Shown here piece by piece: positions 16,225 to 24,678 of a DNA stretch of 32,000 bases (within the stretch, counting starts at the first letter, position 1; each line of letters starts with the position of its first letter). This DNA is from Cuniculiplasma divulgatum (GTDB lineage Archaea > Thermoplasmatota > Thermoplasmata > Thermoplasmatales > Thermoplasmataceae): assembly GCF_900083515.1 (NCBI RefSeq), contig NZ_LT671858.1, positions 1,110,001 through 1,142,000 on the forward strand, in the 5' to 3' direction. A program made the position numbers and the translations under genes. A model generated the notes under the pieces. The model saw only the letters and a program-made list of their open reading frames with translations. It made no database searches and was not told the origin of the DNA.

Positions 16225-18087
16225 TCACTTTTTCTTGAATACTTCTTCATCCTGAACTTTTGACTGAATTCCAAGACCTTCTTTTTCCATTAACTTCCAT
16301 ACGTATATTACGTCCTTGCTACTGCAGTCTGTCATCTTTCCTATGGATTTCAATCTTGCAATACCTGAAATCTTCAATTCGTCAAGTGTCTCCCTTCTTA
16401 TCTTTTCTATCTTATCCTTGCCTGGAGGTTGATCCTTTGCCATAAGTATATTACTGATCTCTACTGATTGACTGTTATTTTCGTTAAAATAAACATTACC
16501 ATTTCTCATATCTCTAAGCAGTAGCAGGAAGTTCTTGCTATCAACTCCATTATTTGATGAGTTCTTAACCTGATCAATCACACTATCTTCAAAACCATTT
16601 GGAGAGCCTATAACTGCTATAATGTAGGAATTTTCCATGTTGGAAGTTTCGATTAAAACACCCAGTATTCTTGCAAGATCAATATTATTAAATGGGTGCT
16701 GATCTATTCCTATTCCCATATTTCCTTCCTTTCTGTAAATCTCGGATTCATGAACATTATAAATAAAGGCCACTCCTATCCTGACATCATTCCTCAGAAA
16801 CCTTCTCTTCTGGTAACGGTACATTATTGCCCTACTTTCTACTGCATATGTTCCATCTCCACTCAATTCGTACATTTCTGAGAAAGTGTTTCTGTTAATT
16901 ATGTCCTTTACCTTAACACCTCCTTCAAAATCCATTCTTGGGTTGGAAAGTCTTATGGATTTTTCGTCTGTGAATAAGGATTCTGCTGTTTCGAAAAATG
17001 CAACTTCTCTTATCCTTGCCTCTTCTTCAGTACAGGCAAATGTGGAGTCAAAGGCTCCTGTTCCACTTTTTCCTGACACTGCAATGAGTTTTTTGAGCGT
17101 ATTCAGGGTACTAATCTGCGATTCTATATCATTTTCCATTTTATAGTTTGAATCCTGGATCAGTGATTGAATCCTCTTTACTTCTATTTCCCTTAACTCT
17201 GGATTGCCTGATATGTCAGGGTCTGAATTGAGTCTACCCATTTCATTCTCCAATTCGTTTATCTTTCCTTTCATTTTAATTTCAAAGGTCTTCAATTCCT
17301 TCAATGGAGACTCAATGTCAAAACTTTTAAGTGAAGCCATATCTCTGTTCTTCAGGAGGACTGTTGCTTCCATAACCTTGTTATAAATCTGATCAAGTTC
17401 ATTTCCCGATAACATTTCTGTTAATTCATTCTCTATTTTAGATCTCTTATTTTCCAGATCCAGTGAAATTTTCAGGACTCTTTCATAATTGTTAAACAGT
17501 TTCTTAATCTGACCTGGATCAATCTGAATAAACGAAATGACACCTTCGGTAATTTTCTGGAACCTGTTTCTGTATTTTTCCTCCATAGCCTGAGAGATCT
17601 CCCCTCTAACATTTTTTCCTGATAGTATATCTATGGTGGAAAGGAAATTCTCCATATTCTCATTGTACCATTCCTTGATAAGCCTGTATATCTGATCATC
17701 CCTGTTTATTAGTAGTGTCCTTATGGACTCACTGTTCATTGAATCTATTTTTGAGAAATGTTCAAGTTTTTCTACAGCCTCATATTCATCATCAGTAAAT
17801 TTCCTTACGTACTGTTCTATTTCCTGATCATCTATTGTTTTATTTTCAGATTCTTTCCTGAAAGAGAGTGATATCTTTAGCTGTGCCAGTTTTATATTAG
17901 CCAGAGCGCTCTTCGCCATTTCCATTCCAATTTTATCGCTGCATCTGGTTCCTATGGTTGAGTAATAGTTATCAAGATCTCTCATCATTCTCTTTCTGCC
18001 ACTCGTGTCCATTGTAACAATGTCCATGTAATCTCTTCCAGCCTCCTGAAGAGCTCTCCTGAAAATTGTAATGCATTCACTTTCCAT
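16225..18087 (-). CDS. Large soluble protein: about 340-aa coiled-coil-rich N-half, globular C-half, possible C-terminal winged-helix-like tail; unknown function
   Basis: 620-aa ORF with ATG start. Heptad-like K/E/L-rich stretches run through residues ~60-335. The C-terminus …ISGIARLKSIGKMTDCSSKDVIYVWKLMEKEGLG… looks wHTH-like. There is no bona fide Walker A. Confidence 0.65.
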   Translation of the reverse strand: MESECITIFRRALQEAGRDYMDIVTMDTSGRKRMMRDLDNYYSTIGTRCSDKIGMEMAKSALANIKLAQLKISLSFRKESENKTIDDQEIEQYVRKFTDDEYEAVEKLEHFSKIDSMNSESIRTLLINRDDQIYRLIKEWYNENMENFLSTIDILSGKNVRGEISQAMEEKYRNRFQKITEGVISFIQIDPGQIKKLFNNYERVLKISLDLENKRSKIENELTEMLSGNELDQIYNKVMEATVLLKNRDMASLKSFDIESPLKELKTFEIKMKGKINELENEMGRLNSDPDISGNPELREIEVKRIQSLIQDSNYKMENDIESQISTLNTLKKLIAVSGKSGTGAFDSTFACTEEEARIREVAFFETAESLFTDEKSIRLSNPRMDFEGGVKVKDIINRNTFSEMYELSGDGTYAVESRAIMYRYQKRRFLRNDVRIGVAFIYNVHESEIYRKEGNMGIGIDQHPFNNIDLARILGVLIETSNMENSYIIAVIGSPNGFEDSVIDQVKNSSNNGVDSKNFLLLLRDMRNGNVYFNENNSQSVEISNILMAKDQPPGKDKIEKIRRETLDELKISGIARLKSIGKMTDCSSKDVIYVWKLMEKEGLGIQSKVQDEEVFKKK

Positions 18088-18116
18088 TTTATTACAAAAA
18101 TAAAAGCACTTACCCC

Positions 18117-18126
18117 TTTATATTAA
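18117..18126 (-). promoter_or_regulatory. TATA-box-like element (ttaatataaa on minus strand) about 34 nt upstream of the ATG at 18087
   Basis: Its position is consistent with an archaeal TATA at about -27 and a very short 5' UTR for the five-gene operon. This rests on the motif only. Confidence 0.3.
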
Positions 18127-18150
18127 TTTCTACATCATGAAAAGAATAGA

Positions 18151-18159
18151 TTTATTTAA
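18151..18159 (+). promoter_or_regulatory. TATA-box-like element (tttatttaa) for the 286-aa / Vps4-like operon
   Basis: It is centred about 34 nt before the ATG at 18189 and only about 22 nt before the TTG at 18177. This favours 18189 as the real start. Confidence 0.25.
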
Positions 18160-18176
18160 GTGAGATATTATTAACA

Positions 18177-19037
18177 TTGAGGAAGAGTATGGAAAATGAA
18201 ATTTTTAATAAAATTACAAATCTAGAAAGTTTGATGAACAGGAAAGTCATTATTTTAAAGACGAGGCTCAAGAACCTGCAGTCACTCGATGAGGATACTG
18301 TACAGCTTGCCTTTTCCGTATTAAAGAAGTTTTTTCCGAAAAGAGATGAAAAAAATTATGGAAATATTGAGACAATTTTTTTAGTTTCAGGATACTGGCC
18401 ATACAACTCCCACTGCACTAATTCCCTTATTGAATTTCAGAAAAGATTCGATTATGATACAATTGCAGATGGGACTGTAGGTGGTGGTATGACCTTATTT
18501 TTTAAAAGTGGAAGGAAGAGGTTCAGAAAGAAGAACTCAATAATTTCAACCATTAACATTGAAGAAATAATACAGGATTTCAATTCTACAATACTCCAGA
18601 ATATGAAATCTTTCGTTCCTGAACTGACAGACCAGCAAAATGTCCCTGTCAGAGAAATCCTGAAGAATTATTCCGCAGATAAGGTTCTTGATGTGGATTT
18701 GATAGACCAGATAAATATAAACAAAATATATAAGAATTACATTGAATCCATGGGAAAGAAGATCTCTATCCTGACTGGAAATTCCGGAAGTTATAAGGAT
18801 ATCGTGGATGAATTTGGTAACTGTCCTTATGTGGGCGAAGGTATTGATGAATACCTAACACAGGAACAGGAAAATGGGGTGAATGAAATTGTCGATTTCA
18901 TTGACGAAATAGAAACGGACGAAGTAATGAAATCAAGGGATTTCAGGAAGCAGTGGATAAAGATATATTCAGGTAACTCGATGTTCTCAATTTATCTTGA
19001 TAACCTTGGAGCTGTTAGGGAGATAAAGAGTATATGA
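18177..19037 (+). CDS. Hypothetical protein co-transcribed with the Vps4-like ATPase (start may be the ATG at 18189 rather than the TTG at 18177)
   Basis: 286-aa ORF that stops 14 nt before the AAA ATPase start. It has an acidic C-terminal third (…VNEIVDFIDEIETDEVM…). I recognise no domain. Confidence 0.6.
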   Translation: MRKSMENEIFNKITNLESLMNRKVIILKTRLKNLQSLDEDTVQLAFSVLKKFFPKRDEKNYGNIETIFLVSGYWPYNSHCTNSLIEFQKRFDYDTIADGTVGGGMTLFFKSGRKRFRKKNSIISTINIEEIIQDFNSTILQNMKSFVPELTDQQNVPVREILKNYSADKVLDVDLIDQININKIYKNYIESMGKKISILTGNSGSYKDIVDEFGNCPYVGEGIDEYLTQEQENGVNEIVDFIDEIETDEVMKSRDFRKQWIKIYSGNSMFSIYLDNLGAVREIKSI

Positions 19038-19051
19038 GGGAGATTTAGAAC

Positions 19052-20149
19052 ATGGAACATGAAAAATTAAGGGAATTGCTGGAAAAAGGTCTGAAGGCTG
19101 AATACGATGGTGATAGAAAAACAGCACTGTCTCTCTACAGCGATGCAGTATTGATACTAAACGATGAACTTAGAACGGATAACCAGATAAAAAAGGAGAA
19201 AATACAGAGACAGATGAAATCTATCCAAACTGCTATTACGAGGTTAAAATCGGGTGAATCTTCGGGAAGCAGAGAGGATGCAGACGGGATCAAAATACTT
19301 GAAGAACTCGGACTGACACTGGAAAATGGCAATGGCCCCACCATGGATGAGGTTGCCGGTATGACAAAGGTAAAAGAAGAAATGTACACACAGATAATAT
19401 ATCCATTGAAATTTCCAGATCTGGCAAAAGAATTCAATATAAAATTTGGAGGTGGGATACTCTTATATGGTCCTCCAGGAAATGGTAAAACATTCCTTAT
19501 AAGAGCACTGGCAAGAGAGGCAAAGATGAATTTTATCTACGTTAATCCTTCAAGCCTGTTCAGCCAGTGGTTTGGTAATTTTGAAAAGAATATTACTAAA
19601 CTGTTCAAAGCGGCTAAAGAACTGTCTCCCTGCATTCTTTTCTTTGATGAACTTGATAGCCTCTTTCCATCCCGTGATCAGGTTAACAGTGATGCAGCGA
19701 GAAGAGGGGTTTCACAGTTTCTTAATGAAATAGGAGGGTTTTCATCTGATTCCTCAGATAGACCTGTAGTAATCCTCGGAGCAACAAACGTCCCATGGCA
19801 ACTGGACCCTGCAGTGACAAGGCCAGGAAGATTTGACAGGATGATTTACATTCCACCTCCCGACCTAGAAGCAAGGAAACTGATACTTCAACACTATCTC
19901 TCTAAAATAAAGAGACTTGGTAAGGTAGATGTTGACGAACTTGCTAAAAAGACCGAGGGTTACAGCGCGGCAGATCTTGAATATCTATGTAAATTCACGA
20001 CTCAGAAAGCCTTTTTGAGGGCTGTAGAAGGGAACAATGAAGAGTTCATAACAGATAATTCCATGAACGAAGCAATGCTTGATGTGAAGCCTTCCATTAA
20101 TCCTTCTGTTCTGCAAAGGTATAAAAGATTCATGGATCAAAGGTCATGA
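19052..20149 (+). CDS. MIT-domain AAA+ ATPase, Vps4/CdvC-like (meiotic clade)
   Basis: 365 aa. The N-terminal ~70 aa is MIT-like (…LLEKGLKAEYDGDRKTALSLYSDAVLILNDEL…IQTAITRLKSG). There is a single AAA module: Walker A GPPGNGKT, pore loop SQWFGNFEK (compare Vps4 SKWMGESEK), Walker B ILFFDELD, and the SRH/arginine finger region ATNVPWQLDPAVTRPGRFDR. The C-terminal …VKPSINPSVLQRYKRFMDQ resembles the Vps4/katanin/spastin C-helix region. Confidence 0.85.
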   Translation: MEHEKLRELLEKGLKAEYDGDRKTALSLYSDAVLILNDELRTDNQIKKEKIQRQMKSIQTAITRLKSGESSGSREDADGIKILEELGLTLENGNGPTMDEVAGMTKVKEEMYTQIIYPLKFPDLAKEFNIKFGGGILLYGPPGNGKTFLIRALAREAKMNFIYVNPSSLFSQWFGNFEKNITKLFKAAKELSPCILFFDELDSLFPSRDQVNSDAARRGVSQFLNEIGGFSSDSSDRPVVILGATNVPWQLDPAVTRPGRFDRMIYIPPPDLEARKLILQHYLSKIKRLGKVDVDELAKKTEGYSAADLEYLCKFTTQKAFLRAVEGNNEEFITDNSMNEAMLDVKPSINPSVLQRYKRFMDQRS

Positions 20150-20194
20150 TTAAATAAAAAATATAAAAATTTTATGGAGAAAGCGTTAAGTTGA

Positions 20195-20812
20195 GTGTAT
20201 TCATTATCTGTTATGACCGATGACATAGAGAAAGTAGTTGAGAAAGTGAAAAAAGAAGAAATGATGATACTCGATATGAGAGATTTTGAATCCTACATGA
20301 AAGGACATATTCCAAACTCGATTCTAGCTCCATATGTTGAAGGTAGATGGGCGCCAGAAATTTCAAATTTCCTCAGTTCCAGAGATAGCCCTACCATTGT
20401 GCTATATGAATCCGATGAGGAAAAGAATGTTGCATCCAGTGAACTGAGTAAGATTGGACACGAACTTCAATTCCTGAAGTATAAAGAGTTTAAGCAGGCA
20501 GGAAATTTCCAGGAAGCCCATGCCACTAATCTAGGACCTGATGAATTTGGAGAACATATCGAAGATTATCAGGTAATTGATGTAAGAGAGCCATATGAAT
20601 GGAATTCCGGATATATAGATAATGCTCATCTTATACCATTGAATGACCTCTTTATAGAGTATGAAAAGTTAGATAAAAAAAAGAAATACGCCATTATTTG
20701 TGCCCATGGAAATAGAAGTCTTTACGGTGCAATTTTCCTTGCTGACAAGGGGTTTGAAGTTTATAACGTTGATGGAGGCATGGATGCACTGCAGCGTTCT
20801 GGATATGTGTGA
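20195..20812 (+). CDS. Tandem rhodanese-domain sulfurtransferase (N-domain inactive, C-domain with catalytic Cys)
   Basis: 205 aa from a GTG at 20195; an ATG at 20213 is a likelier start. The second domain has the active-site loop CAHGNR (CX4R). The first domain lacks the Cys. Confidence 0.75.
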   Translation: MYSLSVMTDDIEKVVEKVKKEEMMILDMRDFESYMKGHIPNSILAPYVEGRWAPEISNFLSSRDSPTIVLYESDEEKNVASSELSKIGHELQFLKYKEFKQAGNFQEAHATNLGPDEFGEHIEDYQVIDVREPYEWNSGYIDNAHLIPLNDLFIEYEKLDKKKKYAIICAHGNRSLYGAIFLADKGFEVYNVDGGMDALQRSGYV

Positions 20813-20815
20813 ACC

Positions 20816-21316
20816 TTAAGGACTCTCAAGAAATTCTAAATCATTTATTACATCAAAAATTTCTTTCTCCTGAGTTCTGCTCCCCCGTGACCTTATAGGT
20901 TCAACAACTTTCTTGTTTACTATGACAAACAACCAGGTTGAAAATGACATTATACCGACGTAAAGTGTGATGAATGATATTGTTACCGTGTATGAACCAC
21001 CTGTACTTATTGACTGAAGATAAGCCGTAGAAATGATAAAAAGCAGAAAAATTATACCTACCACTGATCCAGCTCTAGTATAAAATGAACCTGAAATAAA
21101 GAGTCCGAGTAGAAGTACTATTGACAAAAGTGTCACGAAATCCTCGCTCTTTAGAATTAACGGTGACACCAGATATAAGACTATAATAGATATTAAAACT
21201 GGCAGAAGTATATTTAATTTCGATAATTTTTCAGTCAAACTTAACCTCCATTTTAATGAGTTCTTTTGCAACATCCCATTCGTTTTTAGAAATAGAGAAT
21301 TTTGTAACTCCCGCAA
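20816..21316 (-). CDS. Small integral membrane protein (about 4 TM), unknown function; start uncertain
   Basis: The track ORF starts at a TTG (21316). The first ATG is at 21274 and another TTG is at 21238. All candidate starts overlap the 3' end of the upstream J-domain gene, by 86, 44 or 8 nt respectively. The hydrophobic core is LLPVLISIIVLYLV…, LLSIVLLLGLFISG…, VVGIIFLLFIIS…, ITLYVGIMSFSTWLFVIV. Confidence 0.5.
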   Translation of the reverse strand: MRELQNSLFLKTNGMLQKNSLKWRLSLTEKLSKLNILLPVLISIIVLYLVSPLILKSEDFVTLLSIVLLLGLFISGSFYTRAGSVVGIIFLLFIISTAYLQSISTGGSYTVTISFITLYVGIMSFSTWLFVIVNKKVVEPIRSRGSRTQEKEIFDVINDLEFLESP

Positions 21317-22088
21317 AAAAATCGTCGTTTTTCTTCAAAAGATAACTGTGAAACTTCATGAACTTCTGGATAACCCTGTATTCCTCTTCTGTTAACTTTA
21401 TCTTTTTGAATAGCCCTGCATTTACTTTAAGAAAGAGCTGAAGTATTAATTCTTCTTTCGATATTAGTTGCATACCTACTTCCATTTCATCTCTCGTTTT
21501 TGAGGTTTCAAGGATCTGCTTGATCTTTTTTGAATTGAAATAGTTTGTCTTTATTCCCATTGTGGATTTTTCCATTTGAAATGTACAGTATATGAAGAAT
21601 GCATCTTCAAGTGTGAGATTTCCAGCCATCGCTTTTAATTTCAGATTTTCAGAAAGCTTCTCAAATGTATTACTGGCCCACTGATGATCCGCCATATACC
21701 TTGAAAGGTTTACCATCCATTTATCTAACCTCTCTCGTTCAAGTTTTGTTCTGTTTTTTCTTTCTATGTCCTCGAAATTATCAAATGATGGCCCTTTAAC
21801 AGTGTTTTCCCTGGGAGTATTATCTCTTTTTGGATTTCTGGCATATTGCATCCACTTTTCTCTTTCATTCTTGGCCCTTTCCAGTGAAAGATCATAAACT
21901 CTCCTTTTACCTGGGTCTGATAAAACCTCATATGCTTCGTTCAACTGTCTTGCCATCAACTCGTTCATCGTGGCATCTCCCTTGGCCAAATCGGGGTGCC
22001 ACTTCTTTATGAGAACCTTATATGAACTCCTGATTTCGTCTTCTGATGCGGTTCTGGAAACACCTAAAAGAGAATAATAATCAAGCAC
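21231..22088 (-). CDS. J-domain protein (DnaJ-like co-chaperone, non-canonical C-terminal region)
   Basis: 285 aa with a GTG start. The N-terminal J domain is LDYYSLLGVSRTASEDEIRSSYKVLIKKWHPDLAKGD…[18 protein letters not shown], with the HPD motif. It has no G/F region or zinc-finger domain, and the C-terminal ~200 aa is unassigned. Confidence 0.8.
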   Translation of the reverse strand: MLDYYSLLGVSRTASEDEIRSSYKVLIKKWHPDLAKGDATMNELMARQLNEAYEVLSDPGKRRVYDLSLERAKNEREKWMQYARNPKRDNTPRENTVKGPSFDNFEDIERKNRTKLERERLDKWMVNLSRYMADHQWASNTFEKLSENLKLKAMAGNLTLEDAFFIYCTFQMEKSTMGIKTNYFNSKKIKQILETSKTRDEMEVGMQLISKEELILQLFLKVNAGLFKKIKLTEEEYRVIQKFMKFHSYLLKKNDDFFAGVTKFSISKNEWDVAKELIKMEVKFD

Positions 22089-22272
22089 TGTGGTGTAATA
22101 ATACCTCAGGTTAAATTACTTTTGTCCAGTGAAATGAATTTTTTAAACTTCATAATTTAGAATTAATTAATTTAATATGATCCATAATTTTCTTTTAAGT
22201 GCAAAACATTGTGAAATCCTGCTTAATAGTGAAAGAATAATTCTATAAAATATGACACTAAAATAGAAAAGA

Positions 22273-22280
22273 TTTATAAT
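22273..22280 (+). promoter_or_regulatory. TATA-box-like element (tttataat) about 25 nt upstream of the grpE ATG, preceded by a purine-rich BRE-like agaaaaga
   Basis: The spacing fits a leaderless or near-leaderless archaeal transcript for grpE-dnaK-dnaJ. This rests on the motif only. Confidence 0.35.
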
Positions 22281-22300
22281 GAAGAACATATTTACTTCCA

Positions 22301-22837
22301 ATGACCGAGACGTCCGATAATATGGAAATTCTTATTAATCCCATACAGAATTCCATAAAAAATGCCAAGAGAAGGAATTCCATGAGAAAAGTATCTGTAA
22401 AAATTGAAGATGATCAAATAGACGAGCTTAAGAAACGAAATAATGATTTACTTAGGAACCTAGCTGACCTACAAAATTATTTGAAGATATCTCAGAGGGA
22501 CTTTGAGGCACAGAAGAAAACTGCTGGAATGGATATTCTGAAGGGCCTTCTTCCATTTCTGGACACTCTTGATGCAGGAGTTGCATCTGAAAAGGATAAC
22601 CAGGTGCTGATTTCATTAAGAGATAATCTACTCAATACCCTCTCCAAATATGGTCTAAAAACCATTGAGGCTGAAGGGCATAAAGTTGATTTAAAACACC
22701 ACGAAGTTGTGGGAATAGTAGATGGGGAAGAAGAGAACAAGATAGTCCATGAGATTCAGAAGGGATACCTTTTGAATAATGAAGTAATCAGGACATCAAA
22801 GGTCATAGTACAAAAAAAAGGTGAAAAAATTGAGTAA
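22301..22837 (+). CDS. grpE: GrpE nucleotide exchange factor
   Basis: 178 aa. It has a coiled-coil N-part (…[29 protein letters not shown]…) and a GrpE-type C-part (…LLPFLDTLD…HEVVG…[16 protein letters not shown]). It lies immediately upstream of, and overlapping, dnaK. Confidence 0.85.
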   Translation: MTETSDNMEILINPIQNSIKNAKRRNSMRKVSVKIEDDQIDELKKRNNDLLRNLADLQNYLKISQRDFEAQKKTAGMDILKGLLPFLDTLDAGVASEKDNQVLISLRDNLLNTLSKYGLKTIEAEGHKVDLKHHEVVGIVDGEEENKIVHEIQKGYLLNNEVIRTSKVIVQKKGEKIE

Positions 22838-24668
22838 AATAATAGGAATTGATCTGGGAACAAGTAACTCTGCAGCTGCGGTAGTAATATCCGGGAAACC
22901 AACCATAATTCCAAGTGCGGAAGGTATATCTGTTGGGGGTAAATCTTTCCCCAGTTATGTCGCGTTCACAAAGGATGGCGAACTTCTTGTTGGAGAACCA
23001 GCCAGAAGACAGGCACTTCTGAATCCGGAAGGTACCATTTATGCCGCAAAGAGGAAAATGGGATCGGATTATAAGTATAAAATTAATGGAAAAGAATATA
23101 CTCCACAACAGATTTCTTCATATATTCTCCAGAAAATAAAGAGGGATGCAGAAGCATATCTAGGGGAAACCATTTCAGAAGCAGTTATAACTGTACCGGC
23201 CTATTTTGATGATAATCAGAGGCAGGCTACAAAGGATGCGGGAACAATAGCTGGTCTTAATGTTAAAAGAATAATTAATGAACCTACAGCAGCTTCTCTT
23301 GCCTATGGTATAGATAAAGTAAATCAGTCTATGAAGATCCTTGTCTATGATCTTGGTGGAGGAACACTGGATGTCACAGTAATGGACTTTGGAGAAGGCG
23401 TTTTCGAAGTTGATTCCACATCGGGAGATACAAAACTTGGTGGAACAGATATGGATGATGCAATCATCAAATATCTCATGGATGAGTTCAAGAGAACGGA
23501 TAAGGTCGATCTAAGCAAGGATGAAAAAGCTAAGATTAGACTGAAAGATGCAGCAGAAAAAGCAAAAATTGAACTTTCAACAACTCTTGAGACAGAAATT
23601 AACCTTCCTTACCTTACAGTTGTTAACAATGAACCAAAGAATATGCTCATAAAACTCAAAAGATCAAAGCTCGAGGAATTAATCGCTCCTATAGTGGCAA
23701 GATCAAAGGAACCACTGGAGAAGGCTTTAAAAGAAGCTAACCTCACGAAAGATAAGGTTGATAAGATAATTCTCGTAGGTGGACCTACTAGAATTCCTTA
23801 TGTGAGGAAATTTGTAGAAGATTTCTTTGGAAAGAAAGCGGAAGGAGGTGTTGATCCAATGGAATGTGTTGCAATAGGTGCGGCCATTCAGGGTGCAGTA
23901 CTTACTGGAGAAATAAAAGATATTGTACTTCTTGATGTAACTCCCCTTACACTTGGTATAGAAACACTTGGAGGTGTAGCAACCCCAATCATACCAGCAA
24001 ACACAACCATCCCAACTCAGAAGTCACAGATATTTTCTACAGCTGCAGATGGACAGACCGAGGTAACAATACACGTTGTCCAGGGAGATAGGGCAATGGC
24101 AAAGGATAATGTATCACTTGGAATGTTTAACTTGCAGGGGATTCCCCCGGCCCCTAGAGGAATACCTCAAATTGAGGTAACATTTGATATAGATGCAAAT
24201 GGTATATTGACAGTAACAGCCAAGGACAAGGCAACCAATAAGCAGCAGAGAATTTCCATAGAAGCAAAGAATAAACTCAGCAAGGATCAGATAGAAAAGA
24301 TGAAGAAAGAGGCGGAGGAATTTGCTGAAGCAGATAAGAAGAGAAAAGAGGAAATTGAAAAGGTAAATCTTGCAGAAACACTGGCATATACTACAGAGAA
24401 GACCATAAGTGAGAACAAGGATAAGATAGATCAGAAGGATCAGGATGAAGCAACTGAACTTATAAAACAGCTAAGAGATGCAATAAAGGATAATGATGCT
24501 GAAAAAATCGACTCTCTCTCGGAGGAGCTGTCAAAGAAAGCGCAAGCAATTGGAATGGCAATGTATTCAAAGGCACAGGAAAATCAGTCCCAGCAGTCTT
24601 CAGAAACACCAGATGAAACGAAAGATCAGGAAAATGGTCAAACCGAGGGTCAGGAAGAGAGTCAGTAA
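22821..24668 (+). CDS. dnaK: Hsp70 chaperone DnaK
   Basis: The Hsp70 signatures are unmistakable: [60 protein letters not shown]. The track start is a GTG at 22821. A TTG at 22830 would give the canonical [12 protein letters not shown]-terminus. Either start overlaps the grpE stop. Confidence 0.97.
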   Translation: MKKLSKIIGIDLGTSNSAAAVVISGKPTIIPSAEGISVGGKSFPSYVAFTKDGELLVGEPARRQALLNPEGTIYAAKRKMGSDYKYKINGKEYTPQQISSYILQKIKRDAEAYLGETISEAVITVPAYFDDNQRQATKDAGTIAGLNVKRIINEPTAASLAYGIDKVNQSMKILVYDLGGGTLDVTVMDFGEGVFEVDSTSGDTKLGGTDMDDAIIKYLMDEFKRTDKVDLSKDEKAKIRLKDAAEKAKIELSTTLETEINLPYLTVVNNEPKNMLIKLKRSKLEELIAPIVARSKEPLEKALKEANLTKDKVDKIILVGGPTRIPYVRKFVEDFFGKKAEGGVDPMECVAIGAAIQGAVLTGEIKDIVLLDVTPLTLGIETLGGVATPIIPANTTIPTQKSQIFSTAADGQTEVTIHVVQGDRAMAKDNVSLGMFNLQGIPPAPRGIPQIEVTFDIDANGILTVTAKDKATNKQQRISIEAKNKLSKDQIEKMKKEAEEFAEADKKRKEEIEKVNLAETLAYTTEKTISENKDKIDQKDQDEATELIKQLRDAIKDNDAEKIDSLSEELSKKAQAIGMAMYSKAQENQSQQSSETPDETKDQENGQTEGQEESQ

Positions 24669-24678
24669 GTGATAGAAT

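Noticed and set aside
17056-17076. SGKSGTG in the 620-aa protein as a possible Walker A / P-loop
   Set aside because: It does not fit GxxxxGK[ST], because no Lys-Ser/Thr follows the second Gly. There is no Walker B-like hydrophobic strand plus Asp in a suitable position. It is likely a linker between the coiled-coil and globular parts.
19052-20149. Interpreting the AAA ATPase as a proteasome-activating nucleotidase (PAN) or Cdc48/VAT
   Set aside because: It has only one AAA module, whereas Cdc48 has two. Its N-terminus is a short three-helix MIT-like segment, not the PAN coiled-coil plus OB fold. The pore loop (WFG) and C-terminal motif fit the Vps4/katanin/spastin clade better.
22161-22172. 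Perfect 12-nt palindrome AATTAATTAATT in the J-protein/grpE divergent region as a heat-shock operator
   Set aside because: It is pure AT low-complexity sequence in an AT-rich intergenic region, and the flanks do not extend the symmetry. It is likely chance or part of generic promoter AT-richness.
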